64,000 nt of DNA, from positions 332,382,001-332,446,000 of the forward strand of contig OZ024742.1 in assembly GCA_964016885.1 (NCBI GenBank), in the 5' to 3' direction. The notes below the pieces were generated by a model. It made no database searches, was not told the DNA's origin, and saw only the letters and a list, made by a program, of their open reading frames with translations. The translations under genes were made by a program, and so were the position numbers. The stretch comes from Eledone cirrhosa. Taxonomy: Eukaryota. This document shows positions 43,235-57,204 of the stretch, piece after piece; position 1 is the first letter of the stretch; the number at the start of each line of letters is the position of its first letter.

Positions 43235-43452
43235 TGTGATAGAAATGAGCCAGCAAAAGTGTCTGTAAAAATCTTGAAATTGAGATAAGCAGATTGTGAA
43301 ACCTTTAAACTCAAACTATTCTAGTAGTGATAGGAGCACTCGGTGTTTTAAATTACGGTTTTCAAACAAGTTTCTAGAAAACATACCTGGTAAAAACTAG
43401 AATCTATGATATGTGAAAGATAGTTCTAACAAAAACCGCCCAGATACTTCGT
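43235..43452 (+). pseudogene. Decayed R4/Dong-like REL C-terminus
   Basis: Translates KNLEIEISRL*NL*TQTILVVIGALGV..NKFLENIPG..KIVLTKTAQILR, matching the typical KY.DLEIEI.RMW..K....PIVIGALG ending. Confidence 0.6.
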
Positions 43453-43722
43453 TTTTATTTTTGTGTTTGTAATATACTTCAACACACAATCTTCACTGTT
43501 TTATTTTTATTGTGAATTTAATTGATATTGATGTCATTCAAATATCTCCAATGCAAAAGTAGTTCATATATTTTACACTCTTTTATACTTTTTTTAATCT
43601 ATTTCTATATTTTTATAGTTAATCTGTCAATTTGGTTGTTTTAGCTATCAACTTTAGTGATGTGACTGTGAATGTGAGGACAGAACGGTATATACAAAAA
43701 ACAACAACAACAACACACACAT

Positions 43723-43780
<58 letters not shown>

Positions 43781-43866
43781 AAAGCTGTCGAAACCAAATA
43801 TGCATACACTAATTATCTGGTTGATATTCCGCGGTCATTGCATAAAAGGGAAAAATATAAATAATT

Positions 43867-44262
43867 GTTTCTAGTTTGGGCACAAGGCAATTTAAAGGGA
43901 AGAGGAAAGTCGATGAAATCGACACCATTTTATTGTTGGTGCTTTATTTTGTCGACCACGTAAAGATGAAGTGCAAAGCTAACGCCGGCGGGATTTGAAC
44001 TCAGAAAATAAAGGGTCGTAACTCAATGCCACAAAACATTCCGACGCTCCTCTGATACTGCCAATCTACCAACATACACATAAAAATCATATAGGCTTCT
44101 GATTTAGGCACAAGGACAACAATTTTGGGGGAAGGAATTCGATGAAACCGACCCAGTACTTTACTGGCACTTTATTTTATCGACGCCGTAAGATTGAAAG
44201 GTAAAGCTAATCTGGCGGGATTTTAACGCAGAACCTAAGGAGCCTGAACAAATAGTGCCAAG
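43867..44262 (-). mobile_element. Two tandem OK-like SINEs (older variant)
   Basis: Inverted B-box GGATTTGAACTC and CTTTATTTT.TCGAC at 43867-44070 and 44095-44262. Confidence 0.75.
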
Positions 44263-44635
44263 CATTTGTTCAACAATAGATTCAGTAAACATTACAGGGC
44301 AATATTACAAATAAAGCTGCGTCTTCATGCATGAATGATTATGAAAAATAGAAATGTCTGCTGTGCTCAAACAACAGTCAAGAATAACGAGCTGAAAAAA
44401 CAGAAGAATTAAGAAAAAGCGATGAACAGGAAGTTTAATCATGCAACGTAAACGAAGAGGAAAAATAGAGAGGTGAGGAATAAAAAAAAAAAAAAATACT
44501 AAATGAAATATATTGGCCCATCAAGTATGAAATTTGTAGAAATTTCCAGAAAAAAATACAGGTATAAATGTGCAGACACACACACGCACACATTTACACA
44601 GATACACAGGTACACCCACACACACGTACATACTC

Positions 44636-44675
<40 letters not shown>

Positions 44676-45013
44676 AAGAAGATGAAAATCGAAAACCCTC
44701 AGGATATAATTTAAATTCCACTCACCAATATACTGGAAAAAAGATGTTTACTACTTTTTTTTAATACAAATAACCATTTGTTAACCCAGAAGGAAAATCA
44801 TAAAAGTATCTCTTACCTGAAAAGATAGAAAGAAATGAAGTTCATTAGAATGTGTATGATTAATTCATGGCAGGGTATTATCACACATGACATAACATAA
44901 TAGAAATTTATCGTGGCTTTTAATTTGATATTTACTGTAAAAGGTCACATATAACATAAATTGCATTGTATTGGAAATATTTCATGGAATATATCTGTTA
45001 TGATAATGAGTAT

Positions 45014-45082
<69 letters not shown>

Positions 45083-45087
45083 GGTGT

Positions 45088-45178
<91 letters not shown>

Positions 45179-46033
45179 TGTGTATTTATATATATATATA
45201 CATATATATATATGATTGTGTGTGTGTATATATATATATATAATACTATTTAATACATTAACATATTTGCTTAAAATACAGTATTTAATTATCTAAATAT
45301 GCATAATAACTTTGTTTATTTCCTTCTCATATATGTGACTAACGCATGTGCACTTTCTACACGCCTGCATATGCATTGCTAATGTACTCTTTCTTTCTCA
45401 AAGCTCCTTTCTCAATGCCTGTTTAATTATTAGACTATTCTCTTGTATTATTTGTTGCATGTATTCCACTCTGTGCTTTTAATTTGAACTTGAAATTTTG
45501 TACAATTCTCGTAAAATATGTCACATCCATTCCACCCTGTAAATACGAAACTGTTGCTCACAACATCAATATATATGTATCTATATTATTTCTCATTTGA
45601 ATAGGAGGTTAATTACATGTACAAACATTGATAATGCTCCGTTGACATCAAACGAGAGTTTGGAAGAAACGATTGTCAGCTATTAAATGATTTGAACACA
45701 ACTTTGATAATTGTCTAATTTATTTATATATCCCTGGTCGAGATAACATTTGGTCGTTTTGAATGCTGCTATTTATAGTGGTAGTAGATTGACCTCTCCG
45801 CCTCTACCTTCTATCTTTGCTCACGGCACTGGACAGAATTGCTTCCACATAATTCATTCTCATCTCGGGAATAATTTTGAATTACGCCAATCCGTAATTC
45901 GACCTCGGAAATTTTATATTCTCCGAGTGAAAAGAACCTTCTGACGAGTGTTTTTCTTTTCAATGGAGCCCGCAAGGACTATCAATTTATTGATACAGTG
46001 AATTTTTAAAAATTTATTCTAAAACTTTTATGG

Positions 46034-46540
46034 GTACTTAGTACTCAGTGAGATATTTACCTATTTTTATATATTCTCCAATCTATGTAGAGAAAAAATT
46101 CGTTGTTGCTTACTGCTATTTTTTTAGCAGCCAAGCCATCAACAATTCTGTAATATTTCCGCTTTCACTAGCGGCCGGCTCACGTGTGGGTCACTTTAAC
46201 GGCCATAACTCATACGAGCTGGTAGTTGGCATTATATTTACAGACCGTGGGACGTATGTCCTATAGAAAGGAAATAGCTATCTGATGAAGTTTACTTTCC
46301 GTTGGAAATTCTCCAAATTTCTAATCTTTTGTAAACGGAAACCGCCGGTAATAGCATTATGAACAGGTAGATATTTAAATCATTTTTTAATTTATTTAAA
46401 GGATTATTTCATGTTTGGTTGTTCTGCTCATCAATTTTTATAGTTCTTGTATCTCGAATTAGTACCATAGAACAACAATTATATTATAGACACCCTATAT
46501 ATCTCAATGTGTACTTAGTACTCAGTGAGATATTTACCTC

Positions 46541-46630
<90 letters not shown>

Positions 46631-46685
46631 GAGGTAAATATCTCACTGAGTACTAAGTACCGATAGAGATATATAGGGTGTCTAT
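46034..46685 (+). mobile_element. HHR-bearing non-coding element, family O (direct repeat 46034-46070/46511-46548; inverted tail 46625-46685)
   Basis: GTACTTAGTACTCAGTGAGATATTTACCT occurs twice as a direct repeat and once inverted across a (TA)n. Confidence 0.65.
46277..46355 (+). ncRNA. Type I hammerhead ribozyme with an enlarged loop II, family O
   Basis: GCTAT-CTGATGA-a GTTTAC..35 nt..GTAAAC g-GAAA-CCGCCGG-TA-ATAGC. Confidence 0.8.
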
Positions 46686-46849
46686 ATGTATGTATGTAAG
46701 TATGTATGTATGTATGTATGTATGTATGTATGTATGTATGTATGTATGTATCTATGTATGTATCTATGTATATGTATATATATATATATATTTATATAGT
46801 AATCTTTTATTTTAATATATATATATACATATATATATATATAAGGAAC

Positions 46850-47035
46850 GATCAACTTTCGTCATATCGGACCGAGGAAACAATGTTTCCATTGGTCTTT
46901 CCAATTGCTAATACTATATATCGGTCGAAACTCCAGATAGAAGGAGCTACGTGAAATAAAGTCTTGCTCAAGGACATAACGCATCACCCGGTCCAGGAAT
47001 CGAACTCACATTGCGAATCCAATTCTCTAACAACT
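46850..47035 (-). mobile_element. CORE-type SINE (OR-like), degenerate
   Basis: AAAGTCTTGCTCAAGGACATAAC (inverted CORE-like) followed by GGAATCGAACTC (inverted B-box); related copy at about 50060-50200. Confidence 0.6.
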
Positions 47036-47110
47036 ATAATACCCCCCCCCCATTAATGTCTTTCCACCACTCCCCCCTCACACCCTCGGATCTATTTTCC
47101 TTCCCACTTT

Positions 47111-47146
47111 TCTCCCGATGAAGGGCTTATGTCCGAAACGTCACCC
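47111..47146 (+). ncRNA. Degenerate minimal hammerhead in a PLE 3' remnant
   Basis: CCGATGA a GGGC ttat GTCC GAAA CG TC; stem I not retained. Confidence 0.5.
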
Positions 47147-47888
47147 CGCCCTCCACTCTCAAGCATGAACTTAATACTAACACTTTGAACTGCACTCTTC
47201 GTTATTGTTTTTGTTTTCCGTTTTAACTTATATATATATGTATATATATATATTAGTTTCTGTAATTGTATTAAGGCCATATTACAGCATACCCTTCAAG
47301 TGCTGATAACGATGCCATCACAGATATTTTATCGTGTACTTATTTATTGACCAGTATTACTCGAAACGCTATTGAACGCTATATTTAGTACAATACTAGT
47401 TATGGCACATTTAGAGAGAAACATGCCCATACACATGCACACATAATTAATTATAACTAGCCAAGTTCGCACTATATGGAAATGAGCATTACTAGCCACT
47501 ATTTTTTACTCGCTATATGCAAATGAGACTCACCAGCAAATGTTCATCCCCCAAATGTATATTGACTCTAGTCGATTTCTATGTCAGTACTGGTTGAGTC
47601 AATGTCACTAATGAGGGATTAACGAATCTTGAAACAGCGTGGTCTGGCATTTTGGGCTGATATTGACATATCTGAGATGTGTTCAGTAAAATATATTTTT
47701 TTTCGGAAAGGAAAAATATTTTTTCTTTGACAGCGAATCTCCCATCCCATATGTTTATTGTTTAGAAATATATGTTAAAAAACACAATGATGCGTTTGTT
47801 TTAAGTTTTTCATTAGTTGTTTCTATCATTTTCGAAATACTTTGCAGCTTGCTTCGAACAACAGAGTCCCTAAATGCATAATTTGATT

Positions 47889-47921
47889 AACGTTTCTAGA
47901 CTCTAACAGTCTCATCATCAG
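47889..47921 (-). ncRNA. Degenerate minimal hammerhead
   Basis: Minus strand: CTGATGA tg AGACT gttag AGTCT a GAAA CG TT; no stem I. Confidence 0.45.
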
Positions 47922-48377
47922 GAGTTGGGGGTTCAATTGACATAATAAAACTACTTCATATATTGTAGCCACCGTCACAATTTCTACTGCTCTAGACCAC
48001 CAACAACAATTACTATGCTTGCCTAGCCCCATTTCCAACTATCTCAGTACCTCCTTTACAATACATTCTTCATTCAGATGGTATTTCCATTTCACCACAC
48101 AGCACATTCCGTTGTAAATTGGCGTGAGTTTCCTTAGGTTTTCCATCACTACCCGACATCATCTCCCACCACATCCCATTCACACGCACACTCCTCTAAC
48201 AGATTTCATCCTAGCCCCATGCTACCCAATCACTCATAGCTACTATCACCCCCTACCCCAGCCAACAACATTGGCAACAACATCACTCCTACTTCTACTA
48301 CAACCGCAACAACCCTCTTCCTACCCTCACTTAAAGACTGCCTACAGCACCATAACGGCAACATTCCCACCGCCTTA

Positions 48378-48711
48378 ACGGCAATAACATCGACACTAGC
48401 TACGTTACCAGTACCACTACAACAGCAACAACAACGCCAACACTGCCACTGCCTCAATAACACCATATCTACCTGCAACACGACGGCAGTAACATCAACA
48501 CTAGCTACGTTACCAGTACCACTACAACAGCAACAACAACGCCAACACTGCCACTGCCTCAATAACACCATATCTACCTGCAACACGACGGCAGTAACAT
48601 CAACACTAGCTACGTTACCAGTACCACTACAACAGCAACAACAACGCCAACACTGCCACTGCCTCAATAACACCATATCTACCTCCAACACGACGGCAGT
48701 AACATCAACAC
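48378..48711. repeat. 3.2x 105 bp tandem repeat
   Basis: ACGGCA(A/G)TAACATC at 48378, 48483, 48588 and 48693. Confidence 0.9.
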
Positions 48712-50615
48712 AATCACCACATAACATCGTCACTAACGCCACCGCCACCACCACCACCACCACCACAAATATAACAATAACAACATCATCAAAACGCACA
48801 ATCGTTACTTTAACCACAACACATTTTCAAATCAGCTATTTCACACTATCATAGCCAAAACCGCTCAAATTCCCTCCCCTCAAACACCCTTACAATTATG
48901 ACCCAGACCCTCGAACTACTCTACCAAACACCCAAAGTTCAGCCACCCAAATTACACACCCATTTTGATTAAATTAACTTCTTATACCCTCCTTGGATCG
49001 ATTCTCATTAATAAATGATATCGATAGCACTCACACATTCCCCTTACTCCTACTTTTCTACTCTCCAATGTCTTCCTTCCACTCTCCCTTACATGTAAAC
49101 ATATATACGTTTATACATGTATACATAGACATACCCACATAAATACATACATATATGTATGTGTGTGTGGGTGTGCGCGTCTGTGTGATTCTATTTATGG
49201 GTGTATTTATATATATGTATGTATATATGTATGCATGTGTTTATGTGTGTATTGGCTTACACACACACACTAGTAAAACAGAGCAGAAGAAACAGGTCTT
49301 TGTCTATTAAACAATGTTCAGAATTTTTACCGAAATCTTACCATGGAATCTATTATTGATTTTTTTTCTTCGCGTTCTTGCATTTGTCTATAATTAAATA
49401 CTCCTTTTGTTTTTATTGTTGTTTTTATTGCTCTTTACTTTTTGTTGTTTCGTTGCTAATATTACTTTGTTATCATTACTATTGTGTTTGTTGTTGTTCT
49501 GCCTTAATTTATGCTGGTGGTGGCAGTTGGCAGACACTGTAGACCAACAGAGAAAATGCCCTTAATTCAATTTCCCCAGAAATCAACTCTCTGATGTCGA
49601 TAAAATATAAATGTTTAACGCTTAGCATGTTGTATTGATTTAGCAGAAATTATCTAAAAATGTGTCTGTTAATTCAAAAGTTTATAGTGTTTTCCTTGCT
49701 GACAGATTGATGTTAGAATTTACAATATTAGATAGAATAAAGACATAGAGATATAATGTGATGAAGTCATAATGATGTGTTATAACTGTTTGATATAGCT
49801 CAGGACATATTAGAGTTAACATAGACATATTTTGTATTGAACCAGTGTATTTCTTCTTAGAAACATGTACCCGACGATAATATTATTTAGCAAAGCTCAT
49901 CTGCTTTGGACATGAGTGATTATGGACTATACACCCTCAAATAACTGACTATGGAATAGCTTTTCCCTGAGCAGGTTGTTTTTTGGAAGACCAGCAGGCA
50001 TCCTTGCTATTTTCTCCTCTCCCTAAATCGGTGTTATACGAGGCCAATGCAAATTGGTAACAGTGGTGTGACAACTAATTTATTCCAGTTGATTGCATTG
50101 GAGCAACGGGAAATATAATATCTTGCTCTTGAAAATATCATTCCACTGGATCCTGGCTTCGAACTCACGACCATTTGATCCTGAGCCAAGTGCCCTAATC
50201 ATTAATCATTTACATTTTTTAAACACAGTGGCACAACATATATAAATTGAATAAAAAAATAGATAAACATTAATATTCTGCAACTTTTCACAATGAGCTG
50301 ACCACGAATGAAGGTACTACAAAAATGTGCATTAACATATATGTTTTTAGATATATTCTGTTAAGTCATGATACGTTTAAGACACCCATGGCGAAAAGTT
50401 GACAAGAGTACGCAAAGCTTTGAGGAAACCCGCCCGTTGCATATCACACTTTGGAAACTGCATGAGTAATCTTTATTCCTGTGATTTTCAGTACATATAA
50501 TAGCTGTATGATGAGGTCGTAAATGTTACATAACAGTTAAAATAGAAATACCTATAGCAGCAATTATAAGCAATAAGATTAGGTATATTTCAAGCTACTG
50601 GCCTCTATTTCGGTT

Positions 50616-50790
50616 TGGCAGTATCGGTAGAGCGTCAGACACCATGCTTTGCAACATAGATTTATGGCCCTTTGTGTTCCGAGTTCAAATCCACCGAGAT
50701 TAACTTTGCCTTTCATCCTTACGGGGTTGATCAAATAAAGTACTAGTGATGCACTGGGTTAATCGCTGGGCTTGTGCCAAAAGTAGAAAC
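50616..50790 (+). mobile_element. OK-like SINE
   Basis: TGGCAGTATCGG, GAGTTCAAATCC and body as in 5505. Confidence 0.85.
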
Positions 50791-51103
50791 TCTATTTCCT
50801 TGTTATACCGATACAGTACACGTACCTAAATGGAGTGCTCTATCCTGCGTACACTATTATCGGTTGACCAATACCAAATAACGTATTAACTAACACAAAC
50901 TATTTCATATATATACATATATATGTGTGTGTGTGCGTGTGTATTTCCCCCAAAATGGCTGGCTAAACACGTTCGTGCTATTTCCTCGAAATGTTTTCGG
51001 CTGCTTCTTATTCTTACTCTCCTTCTTTCTATTTCATCTTTTATTTGTCATTCTATCACCTCATGGAAGATATATACACACACACATATATATACATATA
51101 TAT

Positions 51104-53556
51104 ATTGTTATACTTGGGGAGGGTCATATTTGTGTAATATTGCCAGAATTAATAATAGACAAATAGTAGACAGGTATACTAAGAGACAGAGCAGACCAGA
51201 GGCCCAACAACTTGGGAGGAAACCTGTAGAAGGCTTGGTTAGCCTCAAGCAGCGCACAAGGGATGGTGAGGTAGTATGTCTACCCACGGATAAGTCTGGT
51301 AGGATATCAATAGATAGCATGCCGAACTACATCAAGGCTATGCAACGCCACATCACCAATACGAGCGAAATTGCACAGCAAACACATGATGGGAGAGAGA
51401 AAATCCTCAACGCTCACATGATGATGTGGACTGACATCCTAAAGCTAAGCAGACGCACTGCCAACAACTTCCAGGCGTCTATCAATGGCATACCACCCTT
51501 GTATGGGCTCCGCAAAGACCACAAGACAGTCTACGACCCGACAACTGGACCACCAACAAGACCCGTATGCGGAGCTAATGTAGCTAGCAACTACAGGATC
51601 TCCTACTTCCTCTCAATGGTTATACGCCCCATAATCAAGATGTCCCCAGATGTATGTGACAGTACAGAGGACCTCCTAAGCAGAATCAGTGAGTGCAACA
51701 AAAACAGGAACTTATCCAACAGCATAATAGGCAGCATGGATGTGGTATCACTGTACCCATCCATTAACATTGATTTTGTTGTGGAAAAATGTGTGGAGAT
51801 GATCATTGTGAGTGAGGTGGAGTTCTACGACGTCGACACAGACGAACTGGACCTCCTACTTAGACTTAACTACGACACTGACTACCTAGACAGCCATGAC
51901 CTTAGACGTTTCTGCCCTAGTAGACCTATAAGCGGTAGACCCCCCACCATAACCTCAATGACAAAAAAGACTCCCATGGGAAGCTGGATTGGGTGGACCA
52001 AAGCTATACGGAACCCCCCAAACAATGATCAGGTAAAAAAAATGGTCGCACATGCAATAGGGGCTATCATCAAAACTACCCTAAAGGGCCACATATTCAA
52101 GTTCAACGAGAAGATCTACACCCAAAATGAGGGAGCAGCCATTGGCGTCAGCATAGCTGGTCATGTTGCCAACCTTTTTATGGTATGGTGGGAAAGGAGA
52201 CTTAAAGATCACCTTAATAAGAGCTCCATAGACCTCATCATGTACTCTCGTTACGTAGACGATATCAATATAGTTATAAGAACATCCCCACTAGAGAGCA
52301 CTAACAAGTTTGATTTAGAACGTAGCACAATGGAAAGCATCCAGCAGATAGCTAATTCCATACACCAGAGTATAACTGTAACTATCGACTACCCTTCCAA
52401 ACACCCTAACGATAGACTACCTGTATTAGACACGGAACTCTGGATTAACACTATAGACGAGAGAGCCCAAATTCTCCACTCACACTATGCTAAACCCATG
52501 GCCTCCAAATACCTGATACTCAAAAACTCAGCAATGTCCAGTAGTGCTAAGTTTAATATTCTGATCGCAGATTTGGTACGAGTGCTGAAAAATGTGTCCC
52601 GCATGTGCGACCCAACAGAAATGGAAAGACACATCCAACACTTCATTAACCGCATGCAGTTCTATAGCATCATATGTACAGAGGGTACTTGCAGAAACAT
52701 GACAACAACATACATAGGCGAGACAGCTCGTAGCATAGGTGAAAAGATAGACCAACACAGGGGGGAACTAAAAGAACGAAAAAACGGGTCAGTACTATAC
52801 CAACATGCCAGACAACACGACGTTAACATAGACAACATAGAAATTAGAATAATATCTAAACATAGAAATGACCCAGCAGATAGGCAAATCAGAGAGGCCA
52901 GTGAAATAGAACTTAGAAGGCCAAGGCTAAACAGAAAGAATGAATAGAATAACAACAACACCCAAACAAACAACACTGAGCTAAGAGAAGTATAAATAAA
53001 TAAATAGATAAATAAATAAATAAATACATACACAAGCACAATAACAACAAACACATATAAACACACACTAGTAAAGATATAATACATTAACCAATACACA
53101 GTCACCCAATCACGAACACACATCAAACAAAACACTATACACATACGCAAACGCAAACGCATGCGCAAAGAAGACAAAATAAAATAAACAAATAAATAAA
53201 TATATAAACAGATTAAATAAAGATGGCGTAGACATACAATGTAACGGGAGGAAACAATAGCACCACTGACGATGTTGCAGATGTGCAACGAAAGAACTTT
53301 GATAAACTAGATATATGTGTTTGTGTCTATATTGTAACTGTATTATTTTTTACCGTTGGTCAGTCAATGGCAACATTGAGGACAGAATACATTAGATTAC
53401 CGATATAAAAGACACAGAATCAAGCGAAAAGCGAAAACCAACCAAACAGTGAGTGTGTTCTGTTATTAATTCTGGCAATATTACACAAATATGACCCTCC
53501 CCAAGTATAACAATATTTGTTTCGACACACGATTTCATAATAAAAGCCTCGCAAAA

Positions 53557-53557
<1 letters not shown>
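51104..53557 (+). mobile_element. Neptune-like PLE, 5'-truncated, with short inverted arm
   Basis: 51104-51155 is inverted to about 53463-53514; tail 53516-53557; hammerhead-like CTGACGA t GTTGCA gatg TGCAAC GAAA at 53266-53293. Confidence 0.9.
51159..52947 (+). CDS. PLE RT-GIY-YIG ORF, open but 5'-truncated and lacking 137 codons of thumb/linker
   Basis: LPTDKSG, LYGLRKDHK, TRPVC, SMDVVSLYPSI, QNEGAAIG, YSRYVDD, LPVLD, YIGETARS, RQIREA. Confidence 0.85.
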
Positions 53558-53655
<98 letters not shown>

Positions 53656-53861
53656 GAGAGAGAGAGTGAGAGAGTGAGAGATACATATACAGAGACAGAC
53701 AGACAGAAACACATACACACATACATAGAATCGATTCAATCAATGGTGTGGTTCTTTCTGAAAAAATATGATCTTTTGCCTAGGGTAAAAAAAGATATAA
53801 AAGCCTCTCCTTGTTTTAATTCTATTTTCAATGCAGTGAATGACACACAAGCACACACACA

Positions 53862-53989
<128 letters not shown>

Positions 53990-54618
53990 TCCATCCATAT
54001 ATATATGAATGTTTGTGTGAGTGTGTGTAAGTGTGGGTGTATGTGTGCTTGTCTGTTGGTGTGTTTGTGTATGTGTTATGCTGTTTGATGTTGCTCACTA
54101 GAGCTTCCTGTTTCTCGTTGGAATTTTGATAGAATGTTAATAAAGAATAATAAACAATATTAATTAAGATGTTGTGATTGTTATTTTGTACCAGGTCATC
54201 TCTGATGAAGCGTTCCATTAATCAAAGTCTTTCAGTCGTTTTTCATACATTGTATCAAGAATTACATTATGAAATGTGTCTTACATTTTTTTTTATTTTT
54301 ATTAACTTGGTAGTTTAGTGAAGTCTCGTGGGGAAGTAGACTACTATTTCTTACAAAGGACACGTAGCGATGCAACAGTTCAAGTTAATGTTGTTTTGAT
54401 CCTAGGTCAGATTTATTTGAGCAGATGTAATCAAAGATGTGATCAAAGCCGTTCCATGATCAGCTACATCTAAGTTTAATTGAGCTGTACATTTAGGTGG
54501 CTTCAATATTCGCCTACGGGTAGCTGGGCACCATCAAGGATATTATATCGACAGGCTAAGCTAGGGTTTTGAAGTAAACGGGCGCAAGCGACAGTTTTTC
54601 ACAAAGATGGATGCATAT

Positions 54619-54656
<38 letters not shown>

Positions 54657-54929
54657 ATATATATATATATAGGTTTCTGTGTGTGTATGTATATATGTGT
54701 ATGCATTTATGTGTATGTATGTTTGTATGTGTGTGGTTATGTATTTATGTATGTATGATAGATTACATGCATATATAATGATTCCAACATTTTCCTTTAA
54801 TAACTTTCGCTTGCATTATACTGGTTAACCAAATACACACACACACACACATACACGTATATATATGTGTAGAAGCAGATATGCACACAGATATATAACA
54901 CGTATAGACAAATTCATCGTCACCTACAT

Positions 54930-55150
54930 ATGACAACATTAATTGACCTGTTATTTTTCTCAACAAACATTTTTTTCCAATTACAACCCGCCCGTCCCTT
55001 CAATCTATTTTATTTCTCATCATTTTTTTCTGATGAAGGAGTAGCGTCTGAAACGTTAAGACCCTCTTCCTGCTATTTCAAGCGTTAACCTAACATATTC
55101 CTTCCATATACTGTATCGATTGTGTTGTTATTTCTGTTGAGCTTTTACAT
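54930..55150 (+). mobile_element. PLE 3' remnant, family P, with HHR at 55026-55061
   Basis: CTGATGA a GGA gtagcg TCT GAAA CG TT AAGA; inverted homologue at 62320-62525. Confidence 0.7.
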
Positions 55151-55629
55151 ACACATGAGTCTATATATACCCCCCACACATACGAACACACACACACATA
55201 TATATATATACATATATATATGAGTGTAGAAGTACTTCCAATCAATGGTCATTTGTTTTATTGCTCAAATCTATGATCTTCCCATAGTCTCCAGCTCACT
55301 TCTGAGCACTGAAAACAATCCAAATTCATGAAAAAGTGATGACTACATTCTCACAATATACCACATCCACACTTATGCCACATTGCTAAATATACGTGAG
55401 AATATGTTATGTGTGTAGATGTGATAAATGCCTGTGTGGCATATGAGTATAGATACGACAGATATGGTACGTTATAATCTATATACAGTCGGCTGTACAA
55501 AAATAAGGAGTTTTCTCAGAAGAGGGTGCTTCTCGGTTTTACAATTGGATTAGATTCTATAGTATCATTAATATGAAACACAGCTATCTAACAACATGAG
55601 TTGAAGCTGACACCGCTTAATATACAGCA

Positions 55630-56530
55630 ACAATTGTTGTTATTCATTGTTGTTATTATTGTCGTTGTCATGATTAATGGCGAAGTCAGTGGTTATTGTT
55701 GTCTTTGGTGTTGTTGTTGCTGTTGCAGTTGTCGATGGTGTTATATAATTTGTTGTTGTTATTCTTATTATTATTATTGTTGCAGCTACCGTTACTGATA
55801 TTATTGTTAATTTTGTTGTTGCTTGTTGGTTGTTCTCGCTCACCTTGTAACTATTGTTGTTGTTGTTGAAAATGGCTGTCACTGTCCTTGTTATGGTTGT
55901 TTTTTGTCGATGTGTGTTGTTGTTTCCGATGTTGCTGTCGTCATCGTTACAGTCATTGTTGTTTATTTTATTAGTGCTGTTTTTTTTTGTTTTTTTTTCT
56001 ATTGTTGCTGTTACTGTTGTTGCAGTCGTTGGGGTAATGTTGTAAACGTAATAAAATAGAAGCAAAATATGAAAGCAGGTGGCAGGTAGAGAAACGACAA
56101 CTTCGGTACAAAACGAATTAAGAAGAAAGAAATGAAAGACGAAAAAAGAAAAGAAACCTGAAAGAAAGAAATAAAGAAGGAAAGAAAGAAAGAAAGAACG
56201 AAAAATAGAAATGTAGAGGAATGAAAAACAAAAGAGGAATGTGTATGAAACAAAAAGAAAATAGAAGTGGATGAGTGGTGATGAGATGAAATGAAATGAA
56301 AAGAAAGAGGAAACAGAGAAGTGGAGGCGGGGACGGGCAGAAGTGGAGCGGTGGGAGGGCATGATGAAACAACCCCCCAAAAATGTTGTGGAATATAGAA
56401 TTATTGAGAGATAGAGAGATAGAGAGATAGAATGAAAGACATGAGTGGAAGACTGGGAAATAACGACGTGTGTGTAGAATAAATAAGAAAAGATAGCAGA
56501 AATAAGAAATAACAATAATAACAATAATAA
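55630..56530. repeat. Low-complexity (TTG)n and GA/GAAA-rich tracts
   Basis: Direct inspection. Confidence 0.8.
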
Positions 56531-56535
56531 TAATT

Positions 56536-56752
56536 GCTTCTACTTTTTGGCACACGGCCAGCAATTATCACAGTGCATTACTGGTACTTTATTTTATCGA
56601 CCCCGCAAGGATTAAAGGCAAAGTTAACCTCGGCGAGATTTGAACTCAGTCCGTAAAGGGACGTAACTGTGCTACAAAGCATGGCGTCCGACCCTATAAT
56701 GCTGACATATTACAAAAACAACGGAGGACTGTTAGAGAGAAACTACTACTAT

Positions 56753-56784
<32 letters not shown>

Positions 56785-57204
56785 ATAATAATAATAATAA
56801 TATACTACTACTACTAATATACTACTACTACTACTAATATACTTCTACTACTACTAATATTACTACTACTACTACCACTACCACTACTACTACTACTACT
56901 ACTACTAATATACTACTACTACTACGGGGTCGATAACATAAAGTACCAGTAATACACTGGATTAATTGCTGGCCTTGTGCCAAATGTAGAAACAGTTATT
57001 AATCTTATATTATTATCATAGAGCGTGGATTGGCAGTATCGGTAGAGGGTCGGATGCCATGCTTTGCAGCATAGAGTTACGCCCCTTTATGGTCTGAGTT
57101 CAAATCCCGCCGAGGTTAACTTTGCCTTTCATCCTTACGGGGTCGATAAAATAAAGTACCAGTAATAAACTGGATAATTTCTGGTCTTGTGCCAATATTA
57201 GAAA
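56536..57204. mobile_element. OK-like SINEs: 56536-56700 (-), 56924-56992 (+, 3' fragment), 57024-57204 (+), around a (TAC)n tract
   Basis: Match to the 5505 SINE. Confidence 0.85.

Noticed and set aside
48230-48817. 195 aa Cys/Val-rich repeat ORF
   Set aside because: Reverse translation of a CAA/ACC-rich minisatellite; no domain or splice support.
50923-51158. Hydrophobic N-terminal extension of the 674 aa ORF (signal-peptide-like)
   Set aside because: Read-through from flanking DNA, microsatellite and the inverted arm; not part of the PLE protein.
54200-54235. CTGATGA as a hammerhead core (also CTGACGA at 45941)
   Set aside because: No properly spaced stem II + GAAA + helix III.
55640-56564. 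294 aa and 148 aa hydrophobic ORFs
   Set aside because: Arise from GAAA- and TTG-type low-complexity sequence.
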